Assembly (NCBI GenBank): GCA_964291215.2
Contig: OZ219791.1
Coordinates: 2,976,001 to 3,040,000, forward strand
Source: Alphaproteobacteria bacterium
Lineage (GTDB): Bacteria; Pseudomonadota; Alphaproteobacteria; MPNO01; UBA830
Direction: 5' to 3'
Length of the DNA stretch: 64,000 bases
Below the pieces are notes generated by a model, which had not been told where the DNA came from, searched no databases, and worked only from the letters and a program-made list of their open reading frames with translations. Numbering within the stretch: the first letter of the stretch is position 1; every line of letters begins with the position of its first letter. This document shows, one piece after another, positions 50,630-59,808 of this stretch. A program made the translations under genes and the position numbers.

Positions 50630-51271
50630 TTGACGACGACCGAGAACAGGCGCATGCGGCTGATCATGGAGCTGCGCGGCGACGGTATTTCCGACCGGCG
50701 GGTGCTTGCTGCCATCGAGCGCGTCCCGCGCGAGGAGTTCGTGCCCGACCTCTTCCAGAAGGACGCCTACGATAATCGGGCGCTCCCGATCGGTAACGGC
50801 CAGACGATAAGCCAGCCTTCCGTCGTCGCCTTCATGACTCAGGCGCTGAAGCTCGACACGCGTATGCGGGTTCTGGAAATCGGGACTGGATCCGGATATC
50901 AGGCCGCGGTGCTGGCCAGGCTTTGTGCCCGTGTTTACACCGTGGAGCGCCATCGGGATCTGCTGCGCGAAGCACAGCAGATATTCGAACAACAGCGGAT
51001 CGGCAACATCACGACGCGTTTCGGCGACGGCATGAAGGGCTGGCCCGAACAGGCGCCTTTCGACCGCATCCTCGTCACCGCGGCAGCCGACGGTGTCGTG
51101 CCGGCTGCCTTGTTCGAGCAATTGCGCCCGGACGGGATCTTGGTCGCCCCGGTCGGGAACGCGTTCGGAACCCAGCACATCTTCAGATACAGCATCGATG
51201 CGGACGGCGAGCTGATCGAAGAGCGGTTGTGGCCGGTAAGGTTCGTGCCGTTGGTCATAGGCAAATCCTGA
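50630..51271 (+). CDS. pcm: Protein-L-isoaspartate O-methyltransferase
   Basis: GQTISQP, VLEIGTGSGYQAA, APFDRI and VRFVPL; start approximate (TTG). Confidence 0.93.
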   Translation: MTTTENRRMRLIMELRGDGISDRRVLAAIERVPREEFVPDLFQKDAYDNRALPIGNGQTISQPSVVAFMTQALKLDTRMRVLEIGTGSGYQAAVLARLCARVYTVERHRDLLREAQQIFEQQRIGNITTRFGDGMKGWPEQAPFDRILVTAAADGVVPAALFEQLRPDGILVAPVGNAFGTQHIFRYSIDADGELIEERLWPVRFVPLVIGKS

Positions 51272-51486
51272 CCGGCGGCTTGCCGGCAGTCTGGCCTGCA
51301 CTGGTTCAGGCAATCGTCCGCCGGGGCGGCTCGGAGCGAGTTTTCCTGCCGGTCCCGCTTGATTGTTTTCTTCGGCCACGATTTCAGAGATAGCAGGAAA
51401 TCGGTCGGGTGAAGCCGCCGGTTTCAGGATTCGACACCGGGGCAGGGTTGGCTAAAGTCTTCCCCGTTTACAGAGGAGACAGAGGC

Positions 51487-52485
51487 ATGAACCGTTTCAG
51501 GATCCTCTCCGTGCTGGCTGCAGCGAGTGTAGCTCTCAGTCAGCCAGGTGCATCTGTGCATGCCGAGCAACAGGTGCCGCAGAAAGTGTTTTCCTCGATC
51601 GTGCAGATCAGCGCGACGGTTCCGGCGGAGGCGCGCACCGCGCAGACGCTTGGAACCGAGCGTGGCGGCAGCGGCGTCGTCATCGACGATGAAGGGCTGG
51701 TCGTGACCATCGGCTACCTGATCCTCGAGGCCGAATCGGTAATGGTTACCACCGAGCGTGGCGCTGTTCCGGCCAATGTCGTCGCGTATGACCATGATTC
51801 GGGGTTCGGCCTGGTCCGGACGGTGCGCCCACCCGGCGTGCCCCGGATGGAACTCGGTCTCTCGCGGCATTTGCGGGTGGGAAAGCATGCGCTCGTATCC
51901 GGATTTGGAGGCAGGAACCGGGTAATGCCGGCGGCTGTCGTCGATCGCAGGGATTTTCCGGGTTACTGGGAATATCTGCTTGAAGATGCAATCTTTACCT
52001 CGCCCCTCTATCCCCAGTTTGGTGGCGCAGCGCTGATAGACGAAAAGGCGCAGCTTGTCGGAATCGGATCCCTGATGGTGCCCAACGCGGCGACGCGTGG
52101 TGACAGCATGGTCCCCGGCAACATGTTCGTTCCGATCGATGCGCTGACAGCGGTGCTCGGCGACCTCATCTCGCGGGGCCGGTCCAGCCGCAACAACCGG
52201 CCTTGGCTGGGCGTCTACTCCGAGGTTCTGCGCGGACGGCTGTTTGTCGCGCGTGTTGTTCGGAGCGGGCCGGCCTGGCTGGCGGGGGTCCGCCCGGGCG
52301 ACATGGTCCTGGGGGTAGGTGACAGCCCGGTCAGCGGTCTCGCGGATTTCTACCGCAAGGTCTGGGCCTACGGAGATCCCGGAGTGGAGGTTCCGCTCCA
52401 GTTGCTACAGGGCAATACGCCGCGTCGGATAATGATTCGGTCGAGGGATCGCTACGACTGGCTGAGGCTCAGCCCCAGCTACTGA
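51487..52485 (+). CDS. Exported trypsin-like (S1C) + PDZ protein with a degenerate catalytic triad
   Basis: Signal peptide; GSGVVI, VTIGYLI (no His), QFGGAAL (no Ser), RPWLG and AGVRPGD PDZ. Confidence 0.85.
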   Translation: MNRFRILSVLAAASVALSQPGASVHAEQQVPQKVFSSIVQISATVPAEARTAQTLGTERGGSGVVIDDEGLVVTIGYLILEAESVMVTTERGAVPANVVAYDHDSGFGLVRTVRPPGVPRMELGLSRHLRVGKHALVSGFGGRNRVMPAAVVDRRDFPGYWEYLLEDAIFTSPLYPQFGGAALIDEKAQLVGIGSLMVPNAATRGDSMVPGNMFVPIDALTAVLGDLISRGRSSRNNRPWLGVYSEVLRGRLFVARVVRSGPAWLAGVRPGDMVLGVGDSPVSGLADFYRKVWAYGDPGVEVPLQLLQGNTPRRIMIRSRDRYDWLRLSPSY

Positions 52486-52725
52486 CTGTCCTCCGCGGCC
52501 GCAACCTGCTGGCCGCGGACCCCGTTCGGGCTCCGTCGGGAAAGGGGAGATGACTGTCGGCAGGATCACGGATATGGTGCGTACACAAGGTGAAAAATCG
52601 CGCGAAACCGTCTGCCTGGCGGGCGTTGCAACCGACTTGCTTGGCCGGGACGAACGTGCATCGCTGTCGCGCCAATGCCGTTGCGGATATTGATAAGTCC
52701 GGTGAACGCTCGTGGGGAATTTTCC

Positions 52726-54006
52726 GTGCTCCGGCTGTTGAACGGCTGGAAGCGCGCTGCGATCGGCCTTGCGTTGGCAGCCATGCTTGCCGCCTGCTCC
52801 TCCGGTCCCGCTCCGCTGGTGCAGGGCGGGGAGGGCGGTACGGTCGCCGTGCGGCCCGGCGATTCACTCTACAAGATAGCCCGGCGCCACAATGTGAGCT
52901 TGCGCGCGCTGATCGATGTCAACCGGGCGCTACCCCCCTATGTGATACATCCCGGCCAGACCTTGCGCCTGCCGTCGAGGTTAGTGTCCCGCGCCGCCTC
53001 GGCTGGCGGCCCGCGCCGCAGTAGTGGCCGCGCTCCCGCGATCGTCGCCGGGCGCAGGAGTGCCGGCAAGGGGAGTGCTGACAACGCCAGGAAGGCGGCG
53101 CAACCTGCCGCGATCGTCGCCGGGCGCAGGAGTGCCGGCAAGGGGAGTGCTGACAACGCCAGGAAGGCGGCTCAACCTGCCGCGATCGTCGCCGGGCGCA
53201 GGAGTGCCGGCAAGGGGAGTGCTGACAACGCCAGGAAAGCGGCGCAACCTGGCGCGAAGAGCGCGCGGGCGGACAGCGGGGACGCGAAAGCAAAGGGCCG
53301 CCGTGACGGCCAGGCCGGGCGGACCGTGGCGGTCGTGCCCCGGGCCAAGCCCAAAGCGCCATCACCCGGCGCCGGCGGCATTCGCTTCATCTGGCCGCTG
53401 AGAGGTACCGTGATCTCGCGCTACGGCCCCATCGGGAAAGGCCTCTATAACGACGGCATCAACATTGCGGCGCCGCGTGGAACCGCCGTGCGGGCGGCTG
53501 GCGGCGGTGTCGTTGCCTACGCAGGCAACGAAATCCGCGGTTTCGGAAATCTCATTCTCATACGCCATGCCAGAGGCTGGGTTTCGGCCTACGCGCATAA
53601 CGGCAAGATGCTGGTGGAGCAGGGGCAGAAGGTGCGCCAGGGCCAGGTGGTCTCCCGGGTCGGCGCCAGCGGCAACGTGAGCAGGCCGCAACTGCATTTC
53701 GAGCTCAGGCAGGGAAACAGGGCGGTCGATCCCGAACGCTATCTCAAAGTGCCGATCGCGGCGCTGCCGGGTGGGGGCGCATCATTCAAGCTTGGTTCCG
53801 GTCCGGCCGGCCAGGTACTGGACAAACTGCCATGCGACACGTCCCGAGCGAGCACCGCGGGTAACGGACCATTCGATCGCTTCCGCATGCAGGGTCGTGC
53901 GGTCGACCCGGATCCCGAAATGCTCCACATAGCGGTCGATGATCTCGAGGAAGATGTCCTGATTGCAGTGATGGAAACCGAGCCACAGACCGAAACGGTC
54001 GGATAG
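52726..54006 (+). CDS. nlpD: LysM + M23 peptidase-like lipoprotein NlpD
   Basis: Lipobox LAAC; LysM VRPGDSLYKIA; M23 NDGINI, AYAH and PQLHFELR; the C-terminal extension overlaps the next gene. Confidence 0.88.
   Translation: MLRLLNGWKRAAIGLALAAMLAACSSGPAPLVQGGEGGTVAVRPGDSLYKIARRHNVSLRALIDVNRALPPYVIHPGQTLRLPSRLVSRAASAGGPRRSSGRAPAIVAGRRSAGKGSADNARKAAQPAAIVAGRRSAGKGSADNARKAAQPAAIVAGRRSAGKGSADNARKAAQPGAKSARADSGDAKAKGRRDGQAGRTVAVVPRAKPKAPSPGAGGIRFIWPLRGTVISRYGPIGKGLYNDGINIAAPRGTAVRAAGGGVVAYAGNEIRGFGNLILIRHARGWVSAYAHNGKMLVEQGQKVRQGQVVSRVGASGNVSRPQLHFELRQGNRAVDPERYLKVPIAALPGGGASFKLGSGPAGQVLDKLPCDTSRASTAGNGPFDRFRMQGRAVDPDPEMLHIAVDDLEEDVLIAVMETEPQTETVG
53038..53253 (+). repeat. In-frame tandem repeat, 3 x 72 bp
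   Basis: Unit encodes AIVAGRRSAGKGSADNARKAAQP[A/G]; copies are nearly identical. Confidence 0.95.
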
Positions 54007-54639
54007 CGAAACCTTCTCCTGGACCGCTTCCCCGGGATTGATTCCGGTCGAGCGCTCGTTCTCGATCATCTCGCGAGGCATGAGATGACGCCGATTCGAT
54101 GTCGCATAGAAGATGACGTTCCGGGGCCGGCCCTCGATGCCCCCTTCGAGCATGGCCTTCAGCGACTTATAGGTGGTGTCGTCGGCATCGAAGGAGAGAT
54201 CGTCGCAGAAGAGGATGAAATTCTGCGGCCGGCACCGCAACAGAGCCAGAAGGTCGGGCAGGGACGGCAGATCCTCGCGGTGAATCTCGACGAGCGCCAG
54301 CGTACCGTCGACATCCCGGGCGACTGCCGCATGGACAGCCTTTACCAAGGAGCTCTTGCCCATGCCCCGGGCGCCCCAGAGGAGGGCGTTGTTGGCGGGC
54401 AGGCCGGCAGCGAACCAGCGTGTGTTCTCAAGTAATGAGTTCCGCATCCTGTCTATCCCGACGAGGAGGTTGATGTCGACCCGACTGACTTGCTGGACGG
54501 GAAGCAGCCGGCCGCCGTCGGCCCGCCATACAAATGCATCGCACATCTCGTCGAGCGGTTCGGAGTCCGCGGGCGGAGAGAGTCTGTCGAGGGCGTCGGC
54601 AATTCGCGTCAGCAATTGCCGTGCGTTTTCGTCGGTCAT
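53782..54639 (-). CDS. DUF815 AAA+ ATPase
   Basis: NALLWGARGMGKSS, FCDDLSF, YATSNRRHL, SLSDRFG and RSGRVA. Confidence 0.92.
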   Translation of the reverse strand: MTDENARQLLTRIADALDRLSPPADSEPLDEMCDAFVWRADGGRLLPVQQVSRVDINLLVGIDRMRNSLLENTRWFAAGLPANNALLWGARGMGKSSLVKAVHAAVARDVDGTLALVEIHREDLPSLPDLLALLRCRPQNFILFCDDLSFDADDTTYKSLKAMLEGGIEGRPRNVIFYATSNRRHLMPREMIENERSTGINPGEAVQEKVSLSDRFGLWLGFHHCNQDIFLEIIDRYVEHFGIRVDRTTLHAEAIEWSVTRGARSGRVAWQFVQYLAGRTGTKLE

Positions 54640-54765
54640 CGGAAGGACATCTGACGATAGGATCAGGATCGCACTGACGCTAACGGCGCACCGGAGCGGT
54701 TGCAAGCTGCAACGGCGCCGCTATATTCCGCGCAGTTCCTCTCACCTCCTGATGCGGAGAATCGC

Positions 54766-55179
54766 ATGTTGATTTCGCCAGCCTGGGCGCAGGACGGCGG
54801 CGGTTTTGGCGGCATGGAACAGCTGCTGCCGCTTGTCCTGATTTTTGTCGTCTTTTGGTTCCTGTTGATTCGCCCGCAACAGAAGAAGGCCAAAGCGCAC
54901 CGAGAGATGATCGGCAATCTGCGCCGTGGTGACCGGATCGTGACGAATGGTGGGCTGATCGGCACCATAACCCGCGTTCCCAACGATCGTGAACTGATCG
55001 TGCAGATTGCCGAGGACACGAAGGTTCGGATAATGCGCGGCATGATCGCGGAGAGCCTTTCTGGGGCTGAACAGGACGGAAAGGGGGCGGGGCGCCCGCC
55101 GGACGACTATGACGATGAGGAAGACGGCGGCAGCAATCGGAAGCAGGACAAGATTACCGACGAGTCGGCGCGTGGCTGA
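54766..55179 (+). CDS. yajC: Preprotein translocase subunit YajC
   Basis: FLLIRPQQK and LRRGD.IVT.GG. Confidence 0.95.
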   Translation: MLISPAWAQDGGGFGGMEQLLPLVLIFVVFWFLLIRPQQKKAKAHREMIGNLRRGDRIVTNGGLIGTITRVPNDRELIVQIAEDTKVRIMRGMIAESLSGAEQDGKGAGRPPDDYDDEEDGGSNRKQDKITDESARG

Positions 55180-55224
55180 ACCTCCACCCCTTCGCCAACA
55201 AGGGTTGTCAGCGGATCGCGGTGC

Positions 55225-56811
55225 ATGACCTATTTTGCGAATTGGAAGAAGATCCTCGTTGCGGTCATTTGCGTGTTCGGCTTTGCCTTTGCAGCCCCAA
55301 ACATCTTCAGCGATGAGAGCATCCGTGATGTGCCTTCGTGGCTTCCCAACCAGAAGATAAATCTGGGCCTCGATCTTCAGGGCGGCTCCCATCTTCTGCT
55401 GGAAGTCGATGTCGCGTCGGTTTACCGCGAGCGACAGGAAAGTGTCGTGGATGCAATCCGTACAGCGCTCAGGAGGGCGCAGCCTAGTATAGGCTATACC
55501 CGCCTCGGCGTTCGCGAGGGATGCGCCGGTTTCACACTCCGGTCGGCTGGTGACGCCGCGCGTGCCCGTGCCGCGCTGGAGGATGTCGTTGGCGAATCCG
55601 AGCTTGTCGTTGATGGCCTGGGCTTCCGCATATGCATGTCCGATCAGGAACGTGCCGACATCCAGACATCAGCTGTTTCGCAGTCGATCGAAATCGTGCG
55701 CCGGCGCATCGACGAGACCGGGACCCGGGAGCCGACAATCCAGCGCCAGGGCGAGGACCGAGTTCTTGTTCAGTTGCCGGGGGTGAAGGATCCGGAGCGC
55801 ATCAAGCGTCTTCTCGGAAAGACGGCAAAGCTGACATTCCATTTGTTGGAAAGGGGCGAAACCGCTGTGACGGCGTGCGGGCAGGGCCGCCGGCCGCCGC
55901 CCGGGGCGGTTTGTCTCGCCTCCGATGACGAGCGCGACGTCAATGACCAGCCGATCCAGTATCTCGTCAAGCGGCGCGTTATGGTCAGTGGCGATACCCT
56001 TGTTGACGCACAGGGCACCTTCCAGGATGCGCAGCCGGTGGTGTCCTTCCGCTTCGACGCCGTCGGTGCCAGGCGATTCGGCGACGTCACGAGAAAGAAC
56101 GTCGGCCACCCGTTTGCGATCGTGCTCGACCGCAAGGTCATCAGCGCTCCAGTCATACGTGAACCTATTCTTGGCGGCAGCGGGGTGATTTCGGGTAACT
56201 TCACGGTACAGTCGGCGCAGGATCTGGCATTGCTGTTGAGGGCGGGCGCCCTGCCAGCGCCGCTTACGGTGCTTGAGGAGCGCACTGTGGGAGCGGAGCT
56301 GGGGGCCGATTCCATAGCGGCAGGCAAGATGGCTAGCGTGCTTGCGATCGTTCTGGTCATCGTTTTCATCGCTCTTGTCTACGGCCTCTTCGGCCTGATG
56401 GCCAATGCCGCGCTGATCCTGAACATGATCCTTCTCGCCGCCGTGCTCTCGATGCTGCAGGCGACGCTCACGCTGCCGGGCATTGCCGGCATCGTGCTGA
56501 CCATCGGCATGGCTGTCGATGCGAATGTCCTCATCTTCGAGCGCATTCGCGAGGAGGCCCGTAACGGCCGGACTCCGATGTCGGCGGTAAGCGCTGGCTA
56601 CCAGCGCGCCCTGACCACCATTGTTGATGCCAACATCACGACATTGATTGCCGCGATACTGCTCTACGTCTTTGGGTCGGGGCCGGTGAAGGGATTTGCC
56701 GTCACCTTGGCGATCGGGCTTGTTACCTCGATGTTCACGGCCATCATGGTGACGCGCCTGATGGTAGTAACCTGGCTGCACCGTCGCCGGCCTGCAGCCC
56801 TGCCGATTTGA
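55225..56811 (+). CDS. secD: Protein translocase subunit SecD
   Basis: LGLDLQGG, LLRAGALPA and TLPGIAG..GMAVDANVLIFERIREE. Confidence 0.97.
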   Translation: MTYFANWKKILVAVICVFGFAFAAPNIFSDESIRDVPSWLPNQKINLGLDLQGGSHLLLEVDVASVYRERQESVVDAIRTALRRAQPSIGYTRLGVREGCAGFTLRSAGDAARARAALEDVVGESELVVDGLGFRICMSDQERADIQTSAVSQSIEIVRRRIDETGTREPTIQRQGEDRVLVQLPGVKDPERIKRLLGKTAKLTFHLLERGETAVTACGQGRRPPPGAVCLASDDERDVNDQPIQYLVKRRVMVSGDTLVDAQGTFQDAQPVVSFRFDAVGARRFGDVTRKNVGHPFAIVLDRKVISAPVIREPILGGSGVISGNFTVQSAQDLALLLRAGALPAPLTVLEERTVGAELGADSIAAGKMASVLAIVLVIVFIALVYGLFGLMANAALILNMILLAAVLSMLQATLTLPGIAGIVLTIGMAVDANVLIFERIREEARNGRTPMSAVSAGYQRALTTIVDANITTLIAAILLYVFGSGPVKGFAVTLAIGLVTSMFTAIMVTRLMVVTWLHRRRPAALPI

Positions 56812-56823
56812 AGGGTGGGTCCG

Positions 56824-57774
56824 ATGCGCCTCATCAATCTTGTACCAGTTGGCACGCGGATAGATTTCATGCAGTTCCGCCGGTTCGCCGGCGTGCTTTC
56901 CCTTGTGCTTTGCGTTGCCTCGGTCGGGTTGTTTCTGGCCAAGGGTCTCAATTACGGCATCGACTTCCGGGGCGGCATCCTGCTTGAGGTACGCACGCCC
57001 GGGCCTGCTGATCTGTCGGAACTGCGCCGTACGCTGGGAGGGCTCGACCTCGGCGAGGTCCAACTTCAGGAATTCGGCCGCGACACGGATGTGCTGATCA
57101 GGATCGAACGCCAGGCCGGCGGAGAGAAAGCGCAGCTTGAGGCTGTGAAGATCGCGAAGAAAGCCCTTGGCACCGAGGTCGACTACCGGCGGACGGAATT
57201 CGTCGGTCCGAAGGTTGGCGCCGAACTGATTGAGGCCGGGATAACTGCGGTGCTCGTCGCCCTGGCCGCCATGCTGGTCTATATCTGGTTTCGCTTCGAA
57301 TGGCAGTTCGGTATCGGGGCGGTCGTCGCCCTGCTTCACGATGTCTTTCTGACGATCGGGATTTTCTCCCTGATCGGGCTCGAATTCAACTTGTCGACGG
57401 TTGCAGCAATTCTGACGATCGCCGGGTATTCCATCAACGACACGGTTGTCATCTATGACCGGGTCCGCGAGAATCTGCGCAAGTACAAGCAGATGCCGGA
57501 GAATGAGCTGTTCAATCTGTCGATCAACGGAACGCTGTCGAGAACCCTCCTCACGAGTGTCACGACTCTGATTGCGCTGAGCGTGTTGTTCCTGTTCGGC
57601 GGCGAAGTGATCAAGGGATTCAGCTTTGCGATGATCTGGGGTGTCCTGGTGGGAACCTATTCGTCTATCTTCGTTGCTGTGCCTCTGCTGGTTTATATGA
57701 ACCTTCGCCGAACGGGCCTGATCGTGGGAGAGGTAGACGACGACGATGTCGCGGGCGAGGGCAGGGCCCGCTGA
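56824..57774 (+). CDS. secF: Protein translocase subunit SecF
   Basis: GIDFRGG, GYSINDTVVIYDRVRE and GTYSSI. Confidence 0.97.
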   Translation: MRLINLVPVGTRIDFMQFRRFAGVLSLVLCVASVGLFLAKGLNYGIDFRGGILLEVRTPGPADLSELRRTLGGLDLGEVQLQEFGRDTDVLIRIERQAGGEKAQLEAVKIAKKALGTEVDYRRTEFVGPKVGAELIEAGITAVLVALAAMLVYIWFRFEWQFGIGAVVALLHDVFLTIGIFSLIGLEFNLSTVAAILTIAGYSINDTVVIYDRVRENLRKYKQMPENELFNLSINGTLSRTLLTSVTTLIALSVLFLFGGEVIKGFSFAMIWGVLVGTYSSIFVAVPLLVYMNLRRTGLIVGEVDDDDVAGEGRAR

Positions 57775-58140
57775 TCGGGGAACGGCGGGCTGAACTGGGG
57801 AGAGCGGCACAGGCTACATCGAGCAGATTGCCATCGCATGGCGCGGCATCCCAGGCAATCGGCATTGTTGGCTGAGCCGTTGTCTGATGTTCTCTGCAGT
57901 TGGTCCGGTCTTCGGAGGTCGCGTCTGGTGTTCGTTTGGCGCAGGATGCCATTCGCTCCGCGCTGGATCGGCGGGCAAGGCAGCGTAGTCCGTCATCCGG
58001 ACGTTGAACCAGCTTCGTTGAACTGCCGAACCGTTGCCCCCGGGGTGCCGGGATCAGATGCCTTCGGCAGTGGCGAAGGTTACCGTGAAAAAACGGGTTG
58101 TCCGCATTCGGTCACAACCGAGGATAGCAGCGCCCGCAAC

Positions 58141-58622
58141 CTATCAATCTAACGCACGTAAATTCGTGTCTTCATCTCCTTCCGATTGGTACTCGTCCCA
58201 GCCTGCATGGCCCGAATGCTGATGACGGCCTGAGACAGGAACCTGACGCCCTCCCAGAGCTTCTGTGTCCCGGGCAGCGGCTGGCGCTTCGATGGATGGA
58301 TGCCGGCCAGCCCGCCGGTAAGCACGACGAAGCTCATGATGATCATGTGTCCCCGGGGAAGCTTGAAGCCGTGATAGGCGGCGAGGGCGCAGAGCGTCGT
58401 GATGTCCTCCCTCGTGACATACCGTTCGGCCGGGTCGTTCGGCCTCTCGCGGGCCAGGAAGGAGAGGTCTCAGACCCGGAACGCGGTGATCGCGTCGAAG
58501 ACGAAGCACTTCTTCAGGTCGTCGGCCTCGTCGAGGCGACGGTCCTCGATGCGGGTGCCAACCTTCAGGGCGTGGAAGAAGCGTTCGATCCTCCAGCGCA
58601 ACTCGTACCAGCGCAAGATGGT
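58141..58622 (-). mobile_element. IS4 (IS50/Tn5-like) transposase, 3' fragment
   Basis: WYELRWRIERFFHALKVGTRIE and LAG.HPSKRQPLPGTQKLWEG. Confidence 0.78.
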
Positions 58623-58718
58623 TGAGCGTTAGCACACTTTCTGACGGGGATTCCGTCGGTTCCGCTCGAATTGTTTGATGATCTGGGGTGTGTGCCCCTC
58701 AACCGCACGAACGAACGC

Positions 58719-58944
58719 CTACCCGTGCCCGGTCATCCAGCGTGCGCGGGCAAGATGACTTTCCAGGGCCTTGCGAACGCGCTCCGGTTCCTTGGCGGCG
58801 TCGATGCCGAGCACGATGCGCACCATCTCCTCCTTACAGCCCCCCTCGGCATCGGTGTCGAGAAGGAGAAGATACGTGATGAAGTGCTCTTCGTCGTATT
58901 CGGTGACCTGATCAGGGAACCTCGTCGACTATGACCGGAGCCAT
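58719..58944 (-). pseudogene. DUF2285-family (FseA-like) DNA-binding protein, frameshifted
   Basis: Pieced across frames: IVDEVP..VTEYDEEHFITYLLLLDTDAEGA..EEMVRIVLGIDAAKEPERVRKALESHLARARWMTGHG. Confidence 0.65.
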
Positions 58945-59049
58945 CTTGGCTGAGCTATGCCCATCGGCGTCCTCCCCCGCTCGAGCGATCTTGGTTTTTT
59001 TGTACTCGTTCTTGTCGGCGCTGGCTCGGCCGTCGCGATCTCGCGGGCG

Positions 59050-59508
59050 TCATGCTTCGAGCAGCGCAGTGAGACGAGCCGTGGCATCCGCGGCGAAGGG
59101 GTTGATAAACTCGACGCCGCTCAGGTGCCGGCCGTCCTGCATGTCCTCGCTGAGGATCGCGGAGCAGCCGATCTGCCGTACCGTGGCCCAGAGCATCGCG
59201 TCCCAGAACGATAACCGATGCTCCTCGAACGCGTCCATGGCATCGACGAGAGCCGTGTCGTCGGCGGAGGTGACGTGGAACACGTCAAGCCAGTCACGCA
59301 CGAAGGCGCTAGCCTGGGCGGGCTCGAGCAGGTTCTTCCGCGTGGTGGCATGGAAGAACTCGGTGAGCGCCTGGACGGTCAGCACGCAGTCTCGTTGGGC
59401 GGCTCTCCCCACGAGCTCCCGGGCCCGCTCGTGCCGTTCTCCGGCGTCGCGGTCGACGGCGTAGACGAGGATGTTGGTGTCGAGGGAGAACCGACCCTTA
59501 ACGGTCAT
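59050..59508 (-). CDS. vapC: PIN-domain toxin (VapC family)
   Basis: LDTNILVY, Q.L.EF, LSFWDAM and SEDMQDG. Confidence 0.92.
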   Translation of the reverse strand: MTVKGRFSLDTNILVYAVDRDAGERHERARELVGRAAQRDCVLTVQALTEFFHATTRKNLLEPAQASAFVRDWLDVFHVTSADDTALVDAMDAFEEHRLSFWDAMLWATVRQIGCSAILSEDMQDGRHLSGVEFINPFAADATARLTALLEA

Positions 59509-59743
59509 AGAGCTCTTCCCGCTCGACCTTGCGGCCGCCGAGCGAGGCACCCTCCTCCAAGCGCGCCGTCATTCGCTTATACGCCGCCGCCCACTCGGGG
59601 TCGGCCGTCTTGTCGGCCATGTGGGGCACCAGCTTGGCGATGGGGCGGCCACGGCGGGTGATCAGGAAGCCTTCGCCGTGCTCGACCTTGTTGATCAGCT
59701 TGGAGAACTCCTGGTTGGCGGTCATCAGGGAAACGGTGCGCAT
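59498..59743 (-). CDS. Phd/YefM-family antitoxin
   Basis: ANQEFSKLI..VE.GE...ITRRGRPIAKLVP; overlaps the toxin start. Confidence 0.9.
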   Translation of the reverse strand: MRTVSLMTANQEFSKLINKVEHGEGFLITRRGRPIAKLVPHMADKTADPEWAAAYKRMTARLEEGASLGGRKVEREELYDR

Positions 59744-59760
59744 TGATCTCGTTCAATAAC

Positions 59761-59772
59761 TAGTATATACTA
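59761..59772. promoter_or_regulatory. Probable TA operator palindrome
   Basis: Perfect 12-bp palindrome TAGTATATACTA 18 bp upstream of the antitoxin start. Confidence 0.6.
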
Positions 59773-59808
59773 TATTTATCGCCATGGCTCGTCCGTGTCA
59801 AGCGCCTG

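Noticed and set aside
53038-53253. Regular repeats as a possible CRISPR array
   Set aside because: Head-to-tail 72-bp units with no unique spacers, in frame within a protein; no cas genes.
57790-58140. Possible ncRNA or gene remnant after secF
   Set aside because: No recognisable RNA family, stable long stem or protein motif by eye.
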